Positions 50,325 through 63,819 of a stretch of 64,000 nucleotides of DNA are shown here, one piece after another. The DNA lies in contig NW_003314315.1 of the NCBI RefSeq assembly GCF_000143415.4, positions 620,001-684,000 of the forward strand. The letters run 5' to 3'. The DNA is from Selaginella moellendorffii (Eukaryota; Plantae; Lycopodiophyta). Numbering within the stretch: the first letter of the stretch is position 1; every line of letters starts with the position of its first letter. The notes beneath the pieces were generated by a model. The model was not told where the DNA came from, made no database searches, and was given only the letters and a program-made list of their open reading frames with translations. A program made the translations under genes and the position numbers.

Positions 50325-51360
50325 ATTACATTCGTGATAAGTGCAAGAACGACATCGGAGCTTGCAGCCGAGCCAATTTCATAATTTGGTAGACTAAAAC
50401 TGGATTTATTTTCCTCGACCGGAGAGCGGAAGCTGAGACAAAATTCTCCTGAAAGGCATCTGTACCAAAAGGAAACAAGAGATTCGGAGTTACACGCCAT
50501 CGTTGTACATCAGCAAGGTGACATGCCTTGGAGAGGATCTCAAAATCTTGAGATTCCACTTTGCCGTACATTTGGATCTACTTGCGTTAAAGAAATGGGA
50601 AGCTGTTCAAAGGAATGAACCGGCCAGTCGCTTCATAAGTTGCAGAATCCGAAGTGCATGCTCGAGAACGGAGGTACTATAGAGACTGTCAACCAGCTCA
50701 GCACCAGACGCAGCTCGTTAACATTGCCGGACATGAGTTGATATTGATATCAGCACCAGTGATTATCGACCTTTTCTATTTTCTAGCTTGTGACATGCGC
50801 CAAGTGGGACACTTGACAACGGAACCTGAAACAGCGACTGATTGGTTTCGTGAATCTGGATTTGACAATCAAAGAAGGTTTCCACTTACGCCACCCTGAT
50901 CGAAGGTCTCGCCTTTTCTCTTCGTGTCTCGGGTGATGAGGTAGATGTTTATACATCCGGTTGTGTCCAATAAGAAGTAGCGAAGAAGAAACATCTGGGG
51001 CCATCGTTGGGCAAAGCTAGAGAACACGAGAACGTAAGTGTGTAACCAATGAATAAAAGAACACTGACCTGAAGTTGATCACTTTGGCTGTGAGGTGTTT
51101 TCATCCACATTGCATAAGCTTGCAGCATTCCTCATTGCTCACCGAAGCTCAGATTCCTTTGCTGCGATTTTGAAGAAATCTTGCTTGTAAACAATAAGGG
51201 CTGGAAAATGTGTTTTTTTTATAGGTTTTTGTGTTATTTTTGTCTTATCTAATAAATATAATTGATAGAGAAATAAATTACTAGCACCTTTCTTTTTTTA
51301 TAAATTACAAATTTAATTTAAAAATATATTCAATTTTTTTCCTTTACCTAGGAGTGTTCA

Positions 51361-52443
51361 ATGTGGAGAACTCTTGGAGTACGCTTTGGGTTCTCAAACC
51401 CCTCGAGGAGCTGTCATAAACACAATTCCACCATGCCAGCAGCAGCAGCACGGAGAATGGATGGAAGGCTCGTAGCTCAGGAAATCAAGGATGATATCGC
51501 AGAGACGATAAGAACTGGCGGCGCCGAGGTGGGTTTCGCGAGGCCTGGATTGGCAGTGCTTCAGGTGGGAGATAGCCCTCAATCGCAAGCTTACATTCAT
51601 AACTTACGAACAGCGTGCACAGAAGTTGGAATCAAATCCTTCGCTTCGCAGCTGCCCGAAACAGCGACGCTCCAGGCGATCATACAGGCGCTTCGAACGT
51701 TCAATGGAGACGAGAGCGTTCATGGCATCGTCGTCCAGCTCCCACTGCCAAAGGTAAGAAATCACCCACGACTTGGCTCTTCATCGTTACTTGCCTCACT
51801 GTTTCAGAAGATCCGGCCGGAAACCGTGCTCCAAGAGATAAGTCTCGAGAAAGATGTGGATGGCCTCCATCCCCTCAACTTGGCTAAGCTGGCTCTCGAT
51901 GATTTCCAGCCAAGTTTCGTGCCATGCACCTCGCGAGCTTGCCTGGAGCTTCTTACTCGATACAAGTTCCAAGTCGAGAGGAGGAAAGTGGTGGTCATTG
52001 GTTGTAGCAACGCCGTCGGCCTTCCAACAGCGCTACTCCTCGAGAGACACAATGCCACTGTCACAATCGTGGATAAGCATACGCCAAAACCAGCAGAGAT
52101 TGCTCGGACTGCTGATATCCTGGTTGCTGCCACAGGAAACGCAAATCTTGTGAGAAGAAACTGGATCAAACCCGGAGCTGTCGTTATAGACATAGGAATG
52201 AACCAAGTAAAGGTGAAGGTGTCCTCTTCTTACTTGTAGAGCTTGACTTTTTATCTCCAGGATCCTAGCTCGGAAGAAGGATTCCGATTCGTAGGAGACG
52301 TTTGTTACGAGGAGGCTGAGAATGTAGCGACCGCGATCACGCCTGTTCCTGGTGGAGTCGGCCCGATCACCATTGCAATGGTGCTCTCGAACACACTCCT
52401 TGCAGCGCAGCGTAGAGACCATGCAAAGAGGAAACCTCTATAA
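51361..52443 (+). CDS. folD: methylenetetrahydrofolate dehydrogenase/cyclohydrolase family protein, divergent (exons 51361-51752, 51808-52212, 52261-52443)
   Basis: [44 protein letters not shown] and TPVPGGVGP; organellar-type leader. Confidence 0.92.
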
Positions 52444-52536
52444 AACATCATTGCAAAAGTATCAGGAACTAAAGCTCCATGTATCGGACGTAAAAAGGAA
52501 GAACAAAAAAAATCATATACTCAAGAACGCTCGGTT

Positions 52537-53634
52537 TCATGTCACGTTGAGAGATGATCCGTTGTCCGCTGCTGTCAATGCGAGTATAAGCGTCGCAGCA
52601 GCGGGAGCCCTGTTACATTACAAGCGTAAGTTGTAAGTAAGAAGCTTGAAAAAGGAAATTTGAGTAACACTCACCATGTTTCCGGGGTCTGGTACATCGC
52701 TGCCGAAGTTCCAAAACATGTCGTTAGCATGTCTGTGCAGATCACTCCTGGATTAAGAGCCACAGCTGCTATTCCAGGAGGTAGCTCTTTAGCCAGCGAG
52801 CGAGTAAGTCCTTCCATCGCCCACTTTGAAGCACAGTATGGAGATACCTGTGACAAAAGCTCGAGCTTAGCGAGAGAAAAGAAGAAAAATCGCTCGGGAG
52901 AGCTTATACCTCGGCAGCTGCTGATCGACCCCATCCAGATGAGAAGTTTACAATCACTCCTTGCTTCTTGGACATCATGTGAGGCACGAAATGGCGGAGG
53001 CAATTCGCAGGACCTTTGATATTGACATCGATGACGTTGTCAAATTCTTCCCTGGCAACCTCCCACAGTTTCCCATTGCTGTTGATCACACCTGCATTAT
53101 TAACTGGTATGCAACGCTGCAATGAGAAAATCATGCTTCCTTTCAGGAAGAGACGAAAGAAGAAAGAAAAAAAAAGAAGGGAAGTTTGTGTTCTTACCAA
53201 GAATATCGGGAGCTCCTTTGAGCTCGATCACAGCTCTAGCAAACTCCTGAACGTTGCTATCTGAAGCCTAGAAAACAAGAAAAAATAAAAAATCGTCAAG
53301 AACATAGACAAAAAAGAAAAGAGAAAGACTTACAACGTCCACAGCTCTAAGAATGTGCTTGCTATCGCCCAGTTGATTCTGCAAAGAGGTGAGCTTCTCC
53401 TCGTCACGCCCACACCCTATAATCGTGTGACCCCTGGAAGCAATCTCCAGCGCCAGAGCTCGCCCGAGTCCTCTCGTCACGCCAGTGATCAACACTGTCC
53501 GCGCTGTGCAATCGATCGAGCAAACCATCAATGCCTGGGGAGGAAAGAACGATCAAAAGAGCACCGGCTTGAGGAGCTCCCGCCGCACCTGCAGGCGTCC
53601 CGGGGCTCACCAGCATCGCCGTGTTCTTCGACAT
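52537..53634 (-). CDS. short-chain dehydrogenase, NADPH-dependent pterin aldehyde reductase-like (multi-exon)
   Basis: VLITGVTRGLG, NNAG, NFSSGWGRS, YCASKW and LNPGVICTDML. Confidence 0.88.
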
Positions 53635-56354
53635 GAGCCCTAACCCTAAAAAACACTTTGCCCTAAAAAACTCTTAAACCTTAAACCCTTAATACCCTAA
53701 GAAAGAGAAGAAGTGCAAGGGTCTTTGGCAGCCAGCCGAGCAGCCAGCCAAGCCACCCGGGTAAAAAACAGTCAGAATTTACGGCCCGCCATATTTTTTA
53801 CACTGGCATGTTCTTACAATCATTGACTGCGCCACCCCCCTTGCTCCTTTGCAATGCCGCCCCAGAGAAAGACCAGATGTTTTTTTCAAAGATCTCGAGA
53901 CCGGACGGGGCGCTGTAAGGCCGAGTAAACAACTTAGGACCGCCAACTTTGTATGAAAAAAATTGGAAAGGGGTTTTCACATGTGCCAAGTTGAGGCTCA
54001 AAAGAGGGATCCTGGGGTTTTAACTTTTTACCAGGGAGTGTTTCTCTATTCGTGCAAAGGCCAATATGCATTGATGCCCAAGATCGTGCATGTCTCTTTT
54101 TGATGGCGAGGGGGCCAGAGAGGAGCCCTAATTAGTGGAAAGGTTTTTAACCTTATCAGATCGAGACGTATCCGCCCTGCCGCTAACAAATTTCCCACTC
54201 CAAGGACGCCTTTAAGGCCCCCCTCCGCGCAGCGAGCGAGGAGTAACAGAGAACTTACAGCGATCAGATATAAAAGAATCGCAACAATCACCCTGTGATG
54301 GGAACCCTCTGAGTAAAGAATGGAGATTCACCCCCACTGGGTTAATTGTTTTAATCCTTGCTGGGGGGATTTAACTATGCCGGTCAATCGCCCAGTTAGC
54401 AGTCCAAGATGGAAGAATGCCCGACAAGAAATCTAACCGAGAACAAACCTCATCTCCCCTTTTTTCCTTGTTAAATCAAATCCCCGCCCCTTGCAAAAGT
54501 CTCCACATTATAATCTTTTTGGCTTGGCTTGGCATGGCAGGCACCCACAAAAGAAGCGCTGTCTCTTTCGCATTACAGTATACCCCTCCTTCTCTATCAG
54601 ACCTAAAATTAAATGGTGGCGAGCAAGAATTTCTTCCACCCGCCCTGCGCGCTTGCTTGCTTGCCAGCCCGGCCAGCATTTGCTCGCCCTGAACTCGATC
54701 CCGTGACCGGGTCATGTAGTTTGTCGCTGTCACCCAACTTACAGTGTTTAAACCCCCTCCTCCTTTTTACCTTTGCTCCTCCCTGGGCACCGCTTTTACA
54801 AGCAAACCACAATAAAGCTGGAGATGGGGGAATCTTGGAGCGTATAATATTAGCGGGGTCTCCAAAAGAAGCAAAAAAAAGCCCGTAAACCCAAAACCTT
54901 TGAGCCGTGATTTGTCCCCCCATGTGAGTAGCAACAGCAAATCCCCGCCCGGGTTTGGCGGGAATCGACCCCGCGGAGTGTCAAGAGATTCCGGGAATCA
55001 AACCCGAGAAGCCCAGATATTCTCTCGCATCAAAAGCTTGTGTGTGTATTTTGGTACGTGGAGGTTTCGATCACGACGACGAGCAACGCCTCCCACACTT
55101 ACACACAGCTCACCACCACACTGGTTGAAAGTGTTTGGTGTAAAGTCTGTGAAGAAACACCAAGAAACACGTGGTAATAGTAAAATCGCCAAGGGAAAAT
55201 AACATCCGTGACTTGCAATTGGAAGAACCCTTTTGGACTGGCGCTCACAAACTCCTTTCACCAGCTGGGTGAATATCCCCTCAAGGCTAGTAGCGATACA
55301 AATATCTCGCCAGTATTTCTATACACCAAGGGTAAATAACAAACTAGCTACCAGAGGGAGTGAGACCTTTCCAGCGCAGGCAAACAGGTAAAAAAACAAA
55401 AGATCACAGGAGCCAGGTAAGTAGCCTGGTCAAACTTGACCACCCACACATATGGTGACAGGTGTCGCCAGCCCAAATGGCCGAGCCGCTAGCAGTCAGA
55501 GGCGCAGGGGGTTTAAATAGGGCATTCTTTCCGCTAAAACAGTAAACAGTAAAAAAATGGTGGCTAACAGCTAAACGGAAAACGGAAAGAGTGGCCGTGT
55601 TATGATGGCCACCCGCTAAAATCTATCATGGAGATTCACATTCCCGCTATACATAATACATTCTTGTATTTAGCTTCGTCCCCTAATGTGGCAATTAATT
55701 AGGTCTAATTGATGCGGGTGTTTGTTTTTGGTTCTGGAACGTTCGCCCTCTCGCGCGGCGCGAGCCATGTCACCGTCTATACGGTACGGCCGCGTGCCTA
55801 TTACGGTCCTCGCATGGTGAAAACCCATAATTCCCCTTACTATTTTCAACTTTTACACCGTAGAGCCGAGTGGTGTGGCATTGGCCAGTGGCAATATACG
55901 TAGTAGTAGTGGCAGGTATAGTAACAGGGGAGTAAAAACTACGCAAATCTCATTATCGCAATCTACATTTTCCGAAAATGTGGCGGACGTGAAATTGCCG
56001 CTCAAATTCAGTTCACTCGTCTCAAAGTCTTCCATTTGTTTTGTAGAGAGGCCTTTTTTTGCTTTGTGTGAGAGCTCTTTAGGTGTGAGAGCTCTTTAGG
56101 CCTAGAGTGTATTCTTCGAGGGCGAGAGTGAGAGAGAGATCGAGGGCGAGAGAGAGCGAGAGAGTGAAGCGCTGGCTATGGCGGACCGAGGCGGCGGATC
56201 GCCTCCATCGTGGCGCCTATGAATCGATCCGCCGATCTTTCATCGCGCCAGCAGCGAAATATCGCGATTGCCGCTTGCTCGACCTTTCCTCGGCGCTGCG
56301 CCATGGCGATCCAATAATCAGGGCGCGAGGTCGCGGCAAGGCGGTGCGCTATCG

Positions 56355-57714
56355 ATGGATTTTGGCGATGTGCTGTTTTGCAACGAGGAGATTCTCGGCA
56401 GCCCTTGCGAGGGCAACAATGCCGCTGTGGATTTCTCCGGCGACAACACATCGGATGAGCCAGTGCTCCTACATTTTGATGATGCCGTCCTCTTGTCGAG
56501 CATCGTCCAGCGCGAGTCCGGCCATCTCCCCGACGCGGGGTATTTCGCGGTCCTGAGGTCCGAGGATGTGATCTCTTCCGCTAGATCCAATGCCGTGTAT
56601 TGGATGATGAAGGTGGAGCGTTCTTTCTTGCCGATTCATCCATCTCTTATGTTTGTTTCCTTTGATTTGATGCAGGTTCGCAATGTCTATAGCTTTAGCC
56701 CTCTCACGATAGCGCTCGCTGTCAACTATTTCGATAGATATCTCTCCAAGCAGCTATTGAGGGTAAGCACTGCCGGATCCATGCGCTTCTACATTCCTTT
56801 TTTGCTCATGGTGGTAACTTTGCAGACTTGGAAGGCATGGATGATTGAGCTCTTGACGGTGGCCTGTTTATCTCTTGCTGCTAAGATGGAAGAGCCCGAT
56901 GTTCCAATGCTGCAAGATTTACAGGTGCAATGCCTGCCATGCCCCTCCCTTGCAATCTTGGCGATGTCTTGATTTTGGTAGATTGATCTGGGTTGAACTC
57001 GCAGATTGAAGGCCTAGACCATATCTTTGAGTCGAAAACAATCCAGAGAATGGAAATTGCCGTCATGAAATTGCTGGGCTGGAGGATGGGCTCTGTAACA
57101 CCGTTCTCCTACATCGAGGGATTGCTCCAAAACCTGGATGTGAGCCGCAACATGAAGCTGTCGCTGTTGAATCGCACCAGTGAAGTGCTGGTGAAGATGC
57201 TGCCAGGTGAGCAAAACAGTCTCTTTTGCCACTATAGTTTCGGGTGAGCATATATATCTAAACTTTGATGTTTTGCAGAGATGGATTTTCTCGCGTTTCC
57301 ACCCTCGGTGGTCTCACTCGCAGCCATGAGCTGTGCACTGGAAGAGCTGCTCCCTTTGCGGGCCGAAGCATTGAAGGGGAGCCTAGCCAAAATTCTCCCA
57401 ACACCGCAGGTAAAGTCGCATTTTTTTTAAGTGAAAGTTTTTTTTGAGGTGTGACATTTATTGGTTTTGGTCAGGATCAACTTCGTCGATGTTATAGGTT
57501 GATGGAGGAGTTGGTGGTGGATCCGCTGTGCCCGCTTCTCTCCGTGAGTCAGGTTCTGGAAAACCGCAAGGCGTCGCCGAGCCCATACAGCAACGGCGAG
57601 GTCTCGCAGACGGGTGAGAGCTACCCGGATTGGGACGAATCCGGGAAAGCGCAGCATGCGTGCTCAAAGTCCGTGAAGCGGAAGCTGGACGAGTTTTTAA
57701 AGGCAGAGGGGTGA
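56355..57714 (+). CDS. CYCD: D-type cyclin (6 exons)
   Basis: LFCNE (LxCxE) motif; AVNYFDRYLS, ACLSLAAKMEE and TIQRME...LGWRM..VTPFSY. Confidence 0.95.
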
Positions 57715-58247
57715 CGGGGCACAGCAGGGCGAAAGGATTTGGCTCCCATTTTGCAGCGGAGGATTGTAGAAGGAAGCAGGACGTCCGGCGATGAGGAATT
57801 TAGATCACCCGAGTCTCCTGGGATTGCTGGACGGTAGAACATCTTCCTGTTTTTTTCCATCATGCTCGGGGTGTTCTGTGGTCCAACACTGCCCCTCTGC
57901 AACTTCTCAAGGAGAGACGAGGGGGTGGTGATATAGCAGACAGGCAACGAGGCAAATTTGCGGCAATGTACATTCAGTATGATATAGTCTGGAGTTAGGC
58001 GATGGTTTTTGGAGCAGGGCTTTGGTTTTCACACAGGGAGAGACACACAACACACAAACACAGATACAGAGACAAAAGACAACACACATTCCACCACTAC
58101 GGTTTTCGTCTTTTCAAGGGCGGGCTTTTTTCTCCTCGGGGGCGGAGGATTTGGTCAGTATCGGAATGCTCGCTCCTCAGAAGTTTAAAGTTGACAACGG
58201 CGAGGAGGAAGTTATGGTATGTAAACTATCTATCAGCTAGAGCTACG

Positions 58248-58280
<33 letters not shown>

Positions 58281-60431
58281 ACTAAGTGAGGTGGGATTTG
58301 CTACGCAAAGAGATGTCAACGAGCCAGTTGAGGGGTCCAGTGGCCGTGAAGATTGTCCCCGTTCCTTGGCCTTTATTGTTATGGTAGAGTGGCTTGTACC
58401 ATGAACCGTCGAAAAAGGAGCTGCACTTGGAGGTGGGCTTTGATGGTTCTTTGATTGTGAAGAAAGAATTCACCCGAAGGGGTATAATCCATCCACCAGA
58501 GCGGGCTCTTGTTTGGTGTCCGGCCGCGGTCCATCCATCGTATCCTACCGTATCCTCGTTTGGTCGTAGGCTACCACCCTTCCTTTTCTTCGTTGCTCTT
58601 TAACTTTTGTTTGCGCGTGTTTGTTGCTTTCGTTTTGTTTCAGGTTAGTTTTCAGGTGGATTGTGAAGACGAGAGTTTAAACTCTTTGGAGCCTGGCTGG
58701 ATGGCGCTTGCTCGCTCGACCAAAGAAAAGCAACAGAGGTTTCATTCTTTTTGTTTTCAATCTGGCAGTTATTAATTCCCGTGCTGCTGCTGCCGCTGTT
58801 GCTGCTTACAGCGTTGTGCATCCAATCTGGAATGGAATCGAGGCGTGCTGTTGCGACTGCCGACTGCTTGCTGGCTGCCGGTGGCTGCCGTCTCCCTCTC
58901 TCACTCAGATCCAGATCTTACTTTTTATAAGCTCGCCACCACAGCGATCTTTTGAGTGTGTGCTAAGACGAAAGGACAACGGACGGGGGTAAGTGTACAT
59001 TCACACTCATATATTTGTTTCTGCTTTGTACCGCTTGCTAGCTAGGAGCACATTATTGCATCGCATGCCATCGTCTTCTTTTTTCTATTAAGCTGCTTAC
59101 TTCTCTCTCGCAGTCCTTAACTCATCGTCAAATCTGTGTTTCCTACACAGGTCCATCCAGCGTGAACAGGAGGCGTAAGATTTGCAAAAACTCCAGAGTA
59201 TCTCGCAGGCCACCCAGTCGCTCGCTCGCTCGATCGCTTCGATCCATCTTTGTGCCGCACTCCACTCCAAACTCCCACCCCGCTCACTCTCCCCCCTCCA
59301 CTCCTCCCTCACTCCCACACAGCACAGGCCGCTCCTCCGTTCAGAAGGCACAGATGGTGTGAGCGACTGACATAAGGAGGGTGTGGAAATGGCAGGACTG
59401 CCACAATCCAGAGGCGTTTATAAGCGTGAAGTATAGAGAGAGGCAGCAGCAGGGGGGAGAGCAGCCAGCCAGCAACTGTAGCTACAGCAACAGCAGCACA
59501 AACAAGCAGGCGGGCCTCTCTCTCTCTCTCTCTCTCTCCTTTTTTTTCTCCACTCTCTTTTTAACAACTGTGAATGGATAGCTAGGAACTGACGTTCTAC
59601 ACGATGGGAAATTTAGAGCTGGCTGTGGACTGCGCCGGTCCGGCCCGGCTCGGCTCCACACTCGCGTACCCCGGGTTTGGTCCTTTCTCGTTGTTTGTTT
59701 CTCGCTGTTTACTTCCTCCTCTCTTTTTTAAATTTTTTTTGCTTATCGCTCTCTTCCAGTGACGAGAGATCACAGCAACAAGAAGGAAACAACAACAAGG
59801 GGCAGCAGCACGCAAGTACCTATGTTTGGAACTTTGGATCTTTGGATAGAGGTGAGTGACAATCTTTTATTGCTGGACAAGAGGGTCTCTGGGAAAGGGT
59901 TTAGAAAAGATATATGTTTTTTTGTTTGGCCTGAGCGTTGCTTGCTTGCGGCTGGGGTATCATTGACAAGTGAGGCGAGGAGGAGACTTGGACCAGTTCC
60001 TTGTTTTCCTTTCTCGTGATTTTAATGCTGCTGGGTCGCTGCTTGCAAGTCGAGAACCCGAGGAGGAACACAGCTTCGATTGCCGCGTCGAAACTAAACT
60101 TGATAAATTGGATGGGAAGATGAATCGTCTTTCGCGGCGAAAGTCCTTCATTCGCTTTAATTTGAAAAGATTCCAAGAAAATATGCCTAGCATTCAAATA
60201 TTAGGGTTTTGTCACGTGGAGGGCGGACAAGCGTGGCAAGCTCACAAGCTAAAGACTAGTCTTTGTTGCTATGTATGTTACAACCAATCAAAACCAAGTG
60301 CCAAGAACACGATCGATCCACACAAACTCTTCTCTAATGTACACAGATATGCTCGTCTATGAATCTTTGTCTCGATGAATGCGTGCCTCCAAGAATTTTT
60401 TTCGTTTTTTTCGTGGTTTTCTTGCCCTCTG

Positions 60432-61803
60432 CTACTGGGACGATCGCTTCTTCTTTGAAGCAGCATCGCCGTCGCCACCACCACCGCCACCGCCACCGCC
60501 ACCGCCATCGTCCGGCTTACTCCTCTTTCTCGAAGCGTTGCTCTCGCCCTCGGACGAACAGGCTCTCAAGGTGTCGAGAAGTAGTACCTGGCTTGAGGAC
60601 GACACTGGACAGATTGGATCTACAAGCACGTCCTCCACAACCCCGTAGCACTTGTCAAAGCTAGCCTGTGATCATCGATAGCAAGCAAGATCAAATTCCA
60701 AAGCGCCACCACCAGCGTTTACCTCTTCCACGAGTAGCATCCCCAGAAGAAGTTGCTTCAAAGCTTGAGCCTGCAATGGGACAGTCTCTTGAAGAGCACA
60801 GACCGTGGCCGCCACCGCCACGACCGACGCAGAGAAATCGAGGAAAACAATCTCTGCCACCCACAAACCAAGCGATATTTCACAAACGAACAAAACAAGT
60901 GGAAGCTTGCCTGCTAGAGTCCCCAGGAGAAGCTCGTTGATTCTATTCCACGCCAGTAGCTTCAAGTGTTGCTGGAGCTCTATGCTGCGCAACAATCCCC
61001 CCACGAAGGAGAAGGCCGTGATCGAGTTCAGTCTCCACTCCAGCAACTTCATCACCGACACCTCCATTCTCTGGATCGTCACGCTCTCGAAAAGGTGCTC
61101 CAGGCCCTCAATCTGACCAAGAGCAATCAACGGATCGTCCCGGATCGAAGCAACCAATCGCTGCCAACTTACCTGTAAATCCTGGAGCAGCGGCACGAAA
61201 GTCTCCTCCATTTTCGCCGCTAGAGATAAGCATGCAATGGATAGCAACTCGATCATCCAGGCTTTCCAAACCTGTAAGAAAAGCTTACAAACGGACCCCC
61301 CCAAAAACAAAACAAAAAAACTCGCTCGATCGATCGAGAGAACCTTGTGTCGGAGCTCCTTGGCAAGATATCTGTCCAAGTAGCTCACCGAGAGCGCCAC
61401 CGTCGCGGGGCTAAACCCATACACGCCACGAACCTAGACGAAAGATCAAGAAAACGGGGCATCGGCTAAGAAATCTCGATCGATCGCAAGAAAGAATCCA
61501 TACCTTGATCATCCAATCCACGGCATTGGATCTGGCCGCGGAGACGAGCGGCTGGGACTCGAGACTGGAGCGATATTGGGGGCCAGGAGAATGCGCGACC
61601 TCCCGGCTCGCAAGATTCCTGAGAGCTTGCTCCTCGCCGTGGCGATCCATGTCGATCGCGCGGCACAGGAGATGGGGAGCCGCCGGGGGCCAGGCGCGGC
61701 CGCTGCTGCTGCAAGGGCTGGAGCTGCCGCTGGCGCAGCTGCCGATGTCCTCATTGCACTCGAGGAGGAGGAGATCGTCATCGCCGTCGGCAGCGATGGC
61801 CAT
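60432..61803 (-). CDS. CYCD: D-type cyclin, paralog (multi-exon)
   Basis: LECNE (LxCxE) motif; SVSYLDRYL, ACLSLAAKMEE and TIQRME...LEWRL. Confidence 0.93.
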
Positions 61804-62711
61804 TCTTCTTGATCGGCGCTGCTCACATCCCGGATTTGCCCTGGCTCTCTTCTTCTTCTTCGTCAAGCCCAAGCAAGAGAGAGAAGAGAGAGAGAGAGAG
61901 CGAGCGAGTAAAATCAATGAGATTGAGCCCCAAATTTCACGTCCAAATCGAAATAAAACTCGCTCATAATTCCCGGAAATACGAAGCAAGCTACTGTATC
62001 GCTCCCTGTACTTGGTATTTTTCTTCCCCTCCATGATGATTGGTTTCATTTTCATCCGCCAAGGTGGCCACCTTTATTTGAATCCATGGGATCAAACAAT
62101 CATAACTTCAATATGCCTCCAATCTTTTCCAATCACACACTAAACCTTTGCGTGATCGGACCTTCCATCGATCGATCAACTCAATCGATTAGAAAATGAA
62201 AGTTTTTCCTTGACCAGAAACTTCGATCAAAGGTCAAGGTGAAATTGTTTGCCACTGTTTTTTCACTTTGGCCTTTGGTTCTTGGCGAATCCAACAAGTT
62301 GGCTGGATTTGGAGAAGGGTGACAATACACACACACACACACACAGCAAAAACACTGACTGGGGCCTTTTGTCCAAATTGGCTGGGCTGGGTTTTTGGCA
62401 GGCCAGGCCGGGGAGATGCCAAACAATGGCAAGCTTCCAAACTCGCCCACGCCAGCCCGCCACGTCCGCGCCAGCGCAGCCCTAGCCTCCCACGTCAGCT
62501 GCCCCAACAAAGATTGACACAAGGGATTGTTTATCCCTCTAAATATGCCAGATCGAAACGCCATCTTGACAAACAAGGGAAACAGCCAACACCAGCCGTG
62601 GATCTGGGCTCCTCAAAATCTGGCTGCCAACTTTTCTCCAAAAGTAAATCGAGGTTAAAGGTAAAGATTGAGCAAAATATGAAGAGAAAAAGGTAAATAA
62701 AGATTTATTAA

Positions 62712-63623
62712 ATGCATTTTTTTCTAGTTCTTGTTCTTGCTGTTAATCTTGAGATTTCACGTGTGCATGGCGTGGATCCGGTGTGCCTCGCGAGACAGCA
62801 TGGCTACAGATTCAAGGCCGGACAAACTCGATCGATCTCGAGGGAGGCTTACAATCTCATCCAAACACTGCCCCAGAAGAAATCATCCTACACCTCGGGA
62901 AGGAGCTTCACATCCTGGCACCGAGTTCCGGGTAAGTGTCCGGCTATGGTTCTTTAGCTTCCTCTCAGCCGATGATGGGCTGTGCTATATCACTCCGGAC
63001 GCTAAGCGGGCCATGGATTCCAAGTCGCCGAGGCCTTCTTCCGCGTCTACAGCATCTTCTCCACGGACATCGATATGGCAGGATCGCGTACGTGTGGAAG
63101 AACTTCGGCATCGATTATGTGTCATGCCAGGGCTAGACACTCCCAATCGAGTACGAGTTCCCGGTTCGCCTGGGCTCAGCGGCCAGCGCTGGACACTGCC
63201 AACAATCCAGTACGCCTGCTCGGTGATCCTGATCCCGACTGGGGGAACTGCTGGCCCTTTCGATCCAGCATCATCGGGGGAGCCGATGAGGCAGTTGGCT
63301 CCATCATCGGCCGCAGCGCCACGCTCGTCTCGCCCAGCGGCCGCTACAAGGCGAGGATGCAGCGCGACTGCAACTTTGTGCTCTACGACACTTACCGCGA
63401 CACGAACAAGGTGGTGTGGGCGAGCGACACCTTTGGCAAGGGCACCGGATGCTACCTCATCGACGCAAATCTGGTGCTCCTCGACACTAAGGTGACGATC
63501 TTGTTCGTGTCGGGCGCATTCTGCGACAATTGCCCCCTCACCGCCGCGCTCTCCGTCACGGACGGGGGCTACATCGCCATCTGGGAGACCGACTACCAAA
63601 CCGAGCTCTGGCGCAAGCCATAG
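62712..63623 (+). pseudogene. third paralog of the unknown-domain + bulb-lectin gene, frameshifted
   Basis: Signal peptide; SYTSGRSFTS, VSVRLWFFS..DDGLCYITPD, YGRIAYVWKNFGIDYVS and MQRDCNFVLYD lie in different frames. Confidence 0.8.
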
Positions 63624-63819
63624 CCCTAACCCCAATTCCCATACCAGGAATATTCGCAAGCTACCAAGAATATTCGTTGGGCGTTTTGAGCGCGCAATCT
63701 GGCGCTTGGCCTGATCGATCTGTCCCAGCGGTTCGTCCGGGGCGTGCTGCTCGTCACCCCTGAGCATCTCCTGCACGCGGATCGGACGAGCCCCCCAACC
63801 GCCTCGTCGTGCTCCCTGG

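Noticed and set aside
57750-60400. Conserved miRNA precursor or signalling-peptide gene between the cyclins
   Set aside because: No match seen by eye to miR156/159/160/166/171 or to CLE/DVL motifs, and the ORFs are short and low-complexity.
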